DNA of 64,000 bases from Octopus sinensis. Lineage: Eukaryota. How positions within the stretch are numbered: position 1 is the first letter of the stretch; each line of letters begins with the position of its first letter. Where the stretch lies: positions 434,001 to 498,000 of the forward strand of contig NW_021825821.1 in the NCBI RefSeq assembly GCF_006345805.1, read 5' to 3'. Positions 49,512 through 59,223 of this stretch are shown here, piece by piece. The position numbers were made by a program, and so were the translations under genes. Under the pieces are notes generated by a model that was not told where the DNA came from, did not search any database, and saw only the letters and a program-made list of their open reading frames with translations.

Positions 49512-51215
49512 TTATACATTGGGTTTTTTGGTTTTGGCGGTTTTTGGTGGAAGTTTTTCGTTTATTCTGTCAATTTTTTTTGCGTCTTTAAAATTCTTGA
49601 CATCGATTGTATTCTGTATTCCCATCAAGGCAAGTGCTAAAAATTAAAAAAATAATGAACCAGCTTTTATTCCTTCACGACCTTTAGCAAATGTCCCTCT
49701 GGGTATCAGCCCGTCGGACGTCAAACCCTTCAGCTGTACTATACACTCACTTTCCTCACTAAAAAATTAAACACAAATATTACCGAAGCAAAGAAAATGT
49801 AAGAGCCAGTTTTCCGACAGCTTTGATCTTGTTTTTAATCACTTCTTTCCTATTTTGATCGATTTTAGAATCTTTTTTAATTCTAAGAAATACCTATAAC
49901 TGTTTCGTCAATCATTTCATTTTCAGAGCAAACTTTAAGCATTTCTGAGAGCATTTCTATGATTTTTTCGACTGCAAATGGAAGGGACCACGTGATTGCG
50001 TTCATAAAATTTGGTAAACAGTAAGGGTGTGGGCTTGCTTTGAATTGTTTTACCGTAAGGACGTTGTCTTTATATTTAATTACCGCGGCTACATAAACCA
50101 CAAAGAGCTTACCTCGATTTCCATAAACGTCCAAATAGTTTGGTGCAGAAAAAACGGTGATTAGTGATGGAAATCCTGTTTTGGGATTTTTTGAGTACAT
50201 TCGATAACTTTTGTTAACATTATAAATATATATAACCCCGCGTCTTGAGCCTCGTGTGCTCGAATGACAGACAAAATGTTATTTTGGTCTAAGAAGGCGC
50301 ATGTTGCTCCAAATGAAAAGGAATATGAACATCCTCTGACAAAGTTGAATGCAAAGCTTGAATTTTTTAGGTTTATGTCGTATTGCTCCATCGGATCCGC
50401 CCACATAATGTCACAAAGAGGACCAGAAGAAGGAGTCTCTCTGAATCGGTCAATCTTGCTTTAAATATATTAATCCAACAGATTCGAAGTCATCAAGGGT
50501 TTTGATGTCCGGTGACAGGCCCCCGTGGATGCAAAGGAACTTATTTTGGACGAGTGCTGCAATTGGGAGGTGGTCGAAGGACTCCATACATGTATCGTAA
50601 AGATCGAGAGAATATTTCATTAAACCTATTATGATCAACAAAATTATATTTACATTCTCGTTTAAATGTAAAATAGTTAGTCAAATGACGACATTCGTGG
50701 TTTCCACGAAGTAAAATAATTTGATCTGGCCTATTTACCTTGAGAGCCCAGAGAAGAAGAACACACTATAAATCAATGTATCGATTGGAAAACTTCAATC
50801 GAAAAAAAGCCACGGTCTACGTAGTCGCCTAAAAAAAGATAATTATTGGTTAAAGGGTTCCCAGAGATTTCAAACAAATTTATCAAATCGTAATACTGTC
50901 CATGTATATCTCCACATACTACAAATAATGAGGCATTCATACTGGTTAAAGACTCTCCACTGATTGCGACCAAATTGGGCTCTTTTTTGAAACAATTTGT
51001 TGCCATTTTAATAATTTTGATAGCAGCACTCTCCGTGAGCCTACCTTCCGAAATTTGGTGTTTTTTTAATAGTTCGTAGTTTAAAGATTGGGTTTTCTCG
51101 TCGTAGAGTTCCTCAAAGTTAAGTCTTTTTGTATTTATCAAAGCATTTTCTATAAAGTGTATTTAAGGGTGAAATGATTATTTTATTTGAATGTATAAAT
51201 ATCAAAACTGAGCAT
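49512..51215 (-). CDS. PPP3CA: Calcineurin A (PP2B catalytic subunit)
   Basis: [71 protein letters not shown] (CnB binding), [10 protein letters not shown] (CaM binding), DRINEKLPP (autoinhibitory). Stop at 49512; first mini-exon (ATG 51215) tentative. Confidence 0.97.
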
Positions 51216-52598
51216 TGTGCTTTTTTTCGTAGTCATAATTTAATAAAAAATGATCGTTTTAACGATTATAAATAAAATAGTTTTTGACTGATTTATCAAT
51301 TATTATTCGTTAATTGTAAATATTCATTGTCAATAAAAATGTGAAATTTATCGTTTTGAATTTATAAAAAAATAAATTTTCCATGATAAAAAGTACTCTC
51401 AAATATCAAATCAAATATTTTTCCAATAATAAAAAGCACAATTTTCAGTATTTAATGAGGAATACGTGGCGTTTTATTTTTTACAAGTACATACTTTTTT
51501 GACAGTTCTTACGAATGAAATATTTAAGGTACATTTTATACACCTTTATTATATTAGTGCATCTGGGTAAACATTTTTAATTTTAAAATATATTAATTTA
51601 AATTTCAGCGATTCAAAATTTGAGTTTAATTTTTTCAGGTTAAGAAAGATTCCAAAAAGTTCCTTCAAGACAGTGTTTCTTCTGGCTTATATAAAATCAT
51701 TATTTATATATTTTGATTTTTCGATTATTGAAATAAATGTGTTTCGAAATATATTTCAGGAATTGGAAAAATTGAAAATAACAACCTTGATTGCCAATTT
51801 GTGAATTTTGATCTTAGAATGACGATTTTTGTTAAATTATGAATCTTGATTAAAAAATTTTAATCTAAAATTTAAAAAAGAAAACTTTTAAAGGAAAAAT
51901 ATATTAAAGTAATAAAACAATTAAAAATTTTAAAAATTATTTGAAATTGTTAGAAAATAATTAAGAATTCACTGTTTCATCGACAAAAAGACATTATTTT
52001 GAAATTTTCGACTCCTTTGCTCTGGTTTTCAGTTTATAGATTGTCAAATATGCAACTGATCGATTTTGTAATAAAATATTTTATTTTCCAGTTAATTATT
52101 TATCCATGACAAGCCTTACTTAACTCAGCTAAAAACCCCTCAAATATCAGAATGAAAAAATATTTGAATGTGGTCTTTAAGACAACCTATTTATGTATTT
52201 TCCAAATTAGTGTATTTCAATATTCAGTATGCATTACAAACAAAGTGGAATATAAAAATAAACCTAATGCACCTGACTAGTTAACAATAACTCCTAATAT
52301 TATACAACGATTCTATGATAAAAAAATTACCTCAATTTTGACGTTCTTTTTTGATATAATATCCATGTTTAATACTTTATTTGAAAGGGTTCCAAAGAAA
52401 AAAATCAATTTAAAAGGGTTCCGTAAAAATTTTAAAGTTGGGAACCATAGTTCTAAATAATTTATTATTTGAGTTTATCAACTAAAACAAATGACACATA
52501 AATCATAAAATATGTGTTCATTCTAAATTTATAAAATTGTAAACCTAAATTGCTCAATTTACCTCTAACTCAAGTGAAAAAACAATAATATATTTTTA

Positions 52599-52831
52599 TT
52601 TTGTTACATCATCCTGCAATCTTGTCTAGTGTTCTTTTTTATTTCTTTTTTAATAAAATGTTGATTAAAAAAATTAGACCGTATTACATAGCAAAGATTC
52701 CGGATTAATGCGATCGCCGAGCACCATAAACAAGCTTATCTATAAAGCTATATCATAAGTAATAATATGTTCTGATATAATTCCGGATTCCTTTTTGCAG
52801 ATATCAAATTTAAGGAACGATACTTAATTTT
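52599..52831 (+). repeat. ~232-bp direct repeat, copy 1 (paired with 58804-59034)
   Basis: TTTTGTTACATCATCCTG...GGAACGATACTTAATTTT recurs 6205 bp downstream with roughly ten differences. Confidence 0.95.
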
Positions 52832-52833
52832 TC

Positions 52834-54927
52834 AAACCCTAAAGTTGGCAAGTGACAACATAAATATATTCATAATCTAACCCTAACCCAAACCCTAACG
52901 TTGGCAAGTGACAACAAAATATATTTAAAATCTAACCCTAACCCTAACGTTGGCAAGTGACAACAAAATATATTCAAAATCTAACCCTAACCTTAACCCA
53001 AACCCTAACGTTGGCAAGTGACAACATAAATATATTCAAAATCTAACCCTAACCTTAACCCAAACCCTAACGTTGGCAAGTGACAACATAAATATATTCA
53101 AAATCTAACCTTAACCCAAACCCTAACGTTGGCAAGTGACAACATAAATATATTCAAAATCTAACCCTAACCCAGGGGTGTCAAACATGCGGCCCGCGGG
53201 CCGCATGTGGCCCTCGAAAGACATAGGTGCGGCCCTCAGCGTACTTTACCAAACATAAGTGCGGTCTGATTTAATGGCTATAAAATGCAAAAAATTATTT
53301 TTTATTTTTTACATTTAATTAAAATTTTTAATTGTATTGTATTTTTAAATCATGTTTGTTAATGTCACGTGCCTCTTCTGGAATAAAAAAGAAACGCTCC
53401 TTGAAAGATGAACGGAGAGTGTTTCAAGATAAATGGGAACTTCTCTATTTTTGCACAATGGTTGATGGAAAAATACATTGTTTTATATGTAACAAGTTTA
53501 TCGCTATACCGAAAGAATACAACCTAAAGAGGCATTATTAATCTAATCATCTATCATACAATTATTTCGAAGGTATTAAGTTGCTTATTAATCAAGAAGG
53601 TCCAATGCATGTTTCAAAGCTAAATGAATTGCGAAAAAATTTATCTGCGTTACAAACTCATTTCACAAAAAATCATAATCGAAGTACTGCATTAGTCACT
53701 GCAAGCTATGAAATCAGCAGAATGCTTGCAGTAAATGGAAAATCATATTGTGATGGTGATTTCATCAAGCAATGCCTTGTAAAAACAGCGAATATTATTT
53801 GTCCAGACGACGCCCACTTGTTTAAAGATATTTCATTCACAAGAAATACTGTTGCCGAACACATTAATGAAATGCCATTGAATTTGAAACACCAATTAAA
53901 GTCTGATTTGTTAAAATTCGAATATTTTTCAATTGCAATCGATGAAACAGTCGACGTCGTTGGAATTGCACAATTAGAAATCTTTTTTAGAGCGTGTGCT
54001 TCAGATTTTAATATTTATGAAGAATTTCTCGAACTAGTACCAATGCACGATACTACTACAAGTAAAGATATCTTTATAAAACTACTACAAATTCTCTTTG
54101 AATATGGGTTTGATTTAAAGAAGCTTGTATGTTTATGCACTGATGGTGCTCCGAATATGGCTGAACGACATGCTGGCGTTGCCGCTAAATTGCGAGCTGA
54201 AATAGAAAAGGTAAATCCCGGGTCATCATTTGCTCATTTTCATTTTATTATTCATCAGCAATATTTGTGCTCAAAGATATTAAAAATGGAAAATACCATT
54301 AGTTTGGTCACGAAAACAGTAAACTATATTAGAGGTCATCCCCTCAACCACCGGCAGTGTTTCCAATGCAGATGAAAGTTTACAAATGGAACTATTGGAA
54401 ATCCAATCAGATTATATACTTAAAGCTAAATATTTGGAGGTTGGAATACCTGCTTTGGAGGTTGGAAAGTTTAAAAACTTTAAAAAGTTGTCAATCCTCT
54501 GGAAGCAACTCTCACCAAAATTAAAGGGCGATAATTGAATAATTTAGTTTCTCTTATTTTTGTTATTCATCATAATAAATATCAGAACTAATCTTCCCTT
54601 AATGAGAAATTATTATAAATGCGGCCCTCGAAGCAAAATTGTTACAAAATGCGGCCCTCAAAGCGAAATGAGTTTGACACCCCTGCCCTAACCCAAACCC
54701 TAACGTTGGCAAGTGACAACAAAATATATTTAAAATCTAACCCTAACCCAAACCCTAACGTTGGCAAATGACAACATAAATATATTTAAAATCTAACTAT
54801 AACCTTAACCCAAACCCTAACGTTGGCAAGTGACAACATAAATATATTCAAAATCTAACCCTAACCTTAACCCAAACCCTAACGTTGGCAAGTGACAACA
54901 TAAATATATTCAAAATCTAACCCTAAC
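52834..54927 (+). repeat. Minisatellite of 10 units containing telomeric CCCTAA hexamers, split by a hAT
   Basis: Core AAACCCTAACGTTGGCAAGTGACAACA(T)AAATATATTYAAAATCTAACCCTAA. Six units at 52834-53172 and four at 54686-54927. Periods 49-62 bp, differing mainly by 6-bp hexamer steps. Confidence 0.95.
53173..54685 (+). mobile_element. Non-autonomous hAT (Buster/SPIN-type) DNA transposon
   Basis: TIR CAGGGGTGTCAAAC / GTTTGACACCCCTG, TSD CCCTAACC (53165-72, 54686-93), subterminal GCGGCCC repeats. GTF2IRD2-like transposase fragments (CFIC...KEYNLKRHY, SIAIDETVD, LCTDGAPNM, HFIIHQ); C-terminal part deleted. Confidence 0.96.
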
Positions 54928-55406
54928 TCGAAATTAAATGATGTTTCTGCTGACGATTCTTCAGACATTTTTGACAAAAAATTGGAAACTTTTTTGGCCA
55001 ACCGGTGTTTGCCTCAAGCATTCATATCCTCCGGGAATATCCCGATTGACGTTTCCTTAATTTGATTGTATTCGTTAATATTTATAACGTAACCCTTAAA
55101 CCCAGATATTCAATATTTAATACCTTTTCTGCGGTTTCCATAGAAACACGTAAAAGGACTGGCTGCCCATAGCGACATAGTCGCCCATGTGACATAGTAT
55201 ATTTTAAATCAGTTAATTTTATTTTAAATTTGTCAGCCGTTGACACAGTTTTTAAATCCACATAAATTGGTATTATTGCCAACCAATGTAAAATATTTAA
55301 CTCAACGAATCAAACATAGACAATTTTATTAGTATAATTATCAGGAAAAATGTCCATTTGTGTTAAACTGGTTAGTTATTTGGCTCAGATTTAATTTGCA
55401 GTGCAC

Positions 55407-56386
55407 TCAAGGGTGGGAGCTAAATTTGAATGCAGGAAAAAAACCCGGTCTTTCACAAACAAAAGGCAACCTCTTGTCGCAATCATGGGTATCCCACACT
55501 CCTTCATTTCCCAAAATAGTTCCACATTTTTTGTATTTATCATTGACGAAATTATCTTTAAAATTTACGAATTTCTAAAGTAGAATTTACAAAATCACCT
55601 GCCTACGGTCGTACGAATCGTGAAAGTCTTTTCCTTCATAATTAAACTTGTTGAGTCCAAAATAGGCACGTGGAACTTTTTTTGGTGTGAGAAATTCGTC
55701 TAAACATGAGTATGCAAATAAAAACCAAGTATAAATTTATTTATTACTGGTGAATCGATGACCGCCAAATCTCCACCAATATCACGACAGTAATGACGGG
55801 CATCTGAATATTTCTCTGGATATTTTTTTTCCAGAGAGTAGCATTTTTTGTCAAGACAGATGTTATGTTCTGAAATTAAAAACAAAGTGTAACTAGGGAA
55901 TTCGCATAAAAATGCCATTTTCGTTGAACAAGTATTGTCGTTCCATTCCCCATTGGTGTGGTACATGTGAACGCAGTTTTCATTTCCGTTATTATTACTT
56001 GGTTGTCCTTTGTGCCAGTTAAAAAATGTCTGACAAATAAATAACGCATCACACTTGTTGATGTCCGTAACTGTTAACGAACTGGCCCTCTCTCTTCATG
56101 TCATTTATTCCAATATAAATGTACTTATAGTATGGTCTATAGAAATTATCTTTGCATTATAGTTTTAGAACTACAAACCAACAAGGAATTTGTTGGTCTT
56201 AGAGTCAGGGACAACCGCCAAGTCCCCTCCAATAAATCGACAATACTTTTCAGCGTCGAAAAAACCCATTTTATGTTTGAACAAAGTGTAGCACTTTGAA
56301 TTGAGGCACATTTGACCCACTGGATCTATTAGTGAGTAACTACCTTCCTCTGTCCATGCCGTTAACAAAATTACAAGTAAAAACAT
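55407..56386 (-). CDS. Secreted double C-type lectin, copy B
   Basis: Same exon structure as copy A with scattered substitutions (LIDPVGQ vs LINPGGQ); no disabling lesion seen. Lies in a duplicated block (44077-45599 vs 55194-56651 plus 58735-58805). Confidence 0.9.
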
Positions 56387-56651
56387 TTTCTACACCTCTT
56401 TTTCAGGGTTTATATATTCTTGTACACACCTGTTGTAACCTTTGATTTATTTCAATATGTATACAGCTGTCAATTGAAACATTTGTTTGAGGACAATATT
56501 TCTAAATTTAATAATTGTTTAGATATTTTACTAGCAATGAGTCACAAGTTGATGAATAAAAGATATTTTTAACGTTGGGGAGTTGAATTTGAAATCACTA
56601 CAGTCAGGCCCCTCTAAACCGATTCCTTTTAGAACCTACAGAATTGTCCGG

Positions 56652-58726
56652 GGCGATATCGTGTTTTAGCGTCTTAAAATCATAAGGGACCAATTTTGAT
56701 TAGAAATCGCAAATAAATTAATATTATTATATTATTTTTTAAAAATTATTATAATTATCAAAATAATTATTATCTGCAACGCTTTAACAGTATTTTTATA
56801 TTTTAGAACATTTTTCGCATTACACCATCAGGCCCAACGATCAGATGGGGAGATTGTTGAGGGTCTTTTAGTTACTGTAATCACAGCATCCAAACAACAC
56901 CACGTGAAGGTGACCCACATCGTTGTTTCTGGAAAAAATCTGTTATCATTCCAATTCTGAAGCCCAACAAAGACCCCTGCGACCCCGCCTCGTTCAGGCC
57001 AATCTCACTCATCTCTGTCGTATCAAAAATCCTCGAAAAATTTGTCCTGAATTCAATCTACCCTTTCCTCACTCTATCAAAGTCACAGCATGGCTTCCGT
57101 CCGCAGCACTCAACAACTACACACCTATCTTATCTAACAAGATTCATCGCAGACGGATTTAATAACTACTCCCCTCCCCATCGAACTATCCTGGCATCAA
57201 TTGATATCAGTAAGGCTTTTGACCGAACTTCACGACATGTCCTGAGCTCAAAAATTCACTCTTCTCCTATTCCCCATCATCTGAAAATCTGGCTGTGTAG
57301 CTTCTTATCTGGTAGACTGGCTCAGACAAAATTCGGGTCAAAAAACTCCCGATTCCGCTACTTACCTAATGGGGTCCCAGCTCTCTCCAGCTCTCTTCAA
57401 TCTACACCTCAGTGATATGCCTACTAATTCGGAAACATTACTCCTCTCGTACGCTGACGACATAGTGATTGCTTCAAGAAACAATTCCATCAAAGCTGCA
57501 ACAAACTCACTCCAAACTCATCTAAACTCTCTGACCAAATGGCTAGGATCTAACCATATGACTCCTTCTGCGTCCAAATCGTCCATCACTGTTTTTACAT
57601 CTGATAAAAGACAATTCAACCTAAACCCAGTCCTCTATGTGGCCGGCGAAATAATTCCTGTCATAAAAAACCCGAAAATCCTTGGAGTCGTATTCAATCA
57701 ATGCCTATCTTTCACGCAACACGTGGAGCTCATTTCCACCAAAGCCAAACGAAAACTGAATGCACTACGTGCCTTATCTGGACAAACTTACGGCCAAGCC
57801 AAAGAATATCTCACTTTGGTTTACAAACAATTTGTCAGAACATCTATGAACTATGCTAGTCCAGCATGGTCATGGAACTTGTCTCATTCAAACCTCCAAA
57901 AACTCCAAAGAATCCAAAACTCAGGCTACGCACAATAACTGGCTGTCTTGCATCCACTCCCATCGATCATCTTCATTGGGAGTCCTGCATCCTTCCGGTC
58001 GATGACCATTTGACGATGAGAGGACTCCAATTCCTACAGGAAATACAAGATTCTTCTCATCCAAGTCACAAAATCTCTATTCCAGAAAACAAAAGACACA
58101 TCATTTCTACTCTGGCCGATCAATGTAGATGTCTATCAAAAAGCAAATTTTGGACTATATCTATTTTTGGGCACTCAACTCAGAAACGATTATCTGCAGC
58201 AAAGAATCTCGATCAGACTTTAAAAAAACATCAATTGATTGGGGAAACTTTTTACGTGATGTATGCGTAAAGTGGGTCGAGGACCATCCTTGTTCTCTCG
58301 GTGGAATTAATTCAGAAACTATGTTGCCAATTGTCGTAGAAGTGGATGAAACAAAATATTTACATCGAAAATACGCAAGAGGTACCTGGCACGAAGGGCA
58401 TTGGGTTGTTGGTGGAAAAGAGAGGGGCAACCCTAGGAATATTTTTCTGGTCGAAGTTTCTGATCGGAGTCGAGACACGTTAATAACTATTAATTCTCAG
58501 TATCTTTTGTCTTAATAATTCGAGTTTTTCACTGTTTTCATGTTTTACTAAGTTGCTGTAAAAAATGTAGTTTTAAAAAAATTTTAATTTAGGGTTGCCA
58601 CAGTATTGTACATATAAATTTAATTATAATAATTTTTAAAAAATAGTATAATAATATTAATTTATTTGCGATTTCTAATCAAAATTGGTCCCTTATGATT
58701 TTAAGACGCTAAAACACGATATCGCC
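56652..58726 (+). mobile_element. Merlin (IS1595/ISXO2-like) DNA transposon, non-autonomous, containing a LINE fragment
   Basis: ~105-bp TIRs beginning GGCGATATCGTGTTTTAGCG and 8-bp TSD TTGTCCGG (56644-51, 58727-34). The empty site is visible in lectin block A (~45522). Partial transposase 58129-58515: IDWGNFLRDVC, VVEVDETK, RKYARG, WVVGGKER. Confidence 0.93.
56820..58125 (+). mobile_element. APE-type LINE RT fragment inside Merlin
   Basis: WKKSVIIPILKP, FRPISL, QHGFR, IDISKAFD, LSPALFN, SYADD, ILGV and YASPAW, with frameshifts. Confidence 0.9.
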
Positions 58727-58803
58727 TTGTCCGGTATAGAAAGGAGGCCGGTATATTGAAAAAGTCATTAAATTTATTTATAACGAGAAATGAAACAATA
58801 AAA

Positions 58804-59034
58804 TTTTGTTACATCATCCTGGGATCTTGTCTAGTGTTCTTTTTTATTCCTTTTTTATAAAATGTTGATCAAAAAATTAGGCAGTATTACATAGCAAAGA
58901 TTCCGGATTAATGCGATCGCCGAACACCATAAACAAGCTTATCTATAAAGCTATATCATAAGTAATAATATGTTCTGATATAATTCCGGATTCCTTTTTG
59001 CAGATATCAATTTTAAGGAACGATACTTAATTTT
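58804..59034 (+). repeat. ~232-bp direct repeat, copy 2
   Basis: See 52599-52831. This copy joins directly to the end of the duplicated lectin block and is followed by the NRBP upstream region. Confidence 0.95.
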
Positions 59035-59223
59035 CCGAGCACATGCTAGCATCCTTTGTGCACATTTTTCTACTGAACTTTTAAAGATTAAATTTTTATA
59101 ATTTAATTATTGCTAAAATAATAAAAATTAATTAGTGTAGTTAAAATTACATATTAATTTGAATATATAATATTTGTGGTCTGTTTTTATGTTGAGCTTT
59201 TGTTATTTTACAGTATCATAAAA

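Noticed and set aside
52385-52455. GGGTTCC / GTTGGGAACC motifs resembling a hAT MITE end
   Set aside because: No partner TIR or TSD identifiable.
52834-54927. CRISPR-like appearance of the regularly spaced repeat
   Set aside because: The intervening sequences are near-identical telomere-like hexamers rather than unique spacers, there are no cas genes, and the context is eukaryotic.
6914-56386. Excess of host genes on the minus strand, suggesting polycistronic organisation
   Set aside because: The count is small, plus-strand genes are interspersed and TEs separate the genes; no operon-like spacing.
52599-59034. X and X' as LTRs of a retrotransposon
   Set aside because: X begins TGTTAC but has no consistent CA end, no flanking TSD, no PBS/PPT and no gag-pol between the copies.
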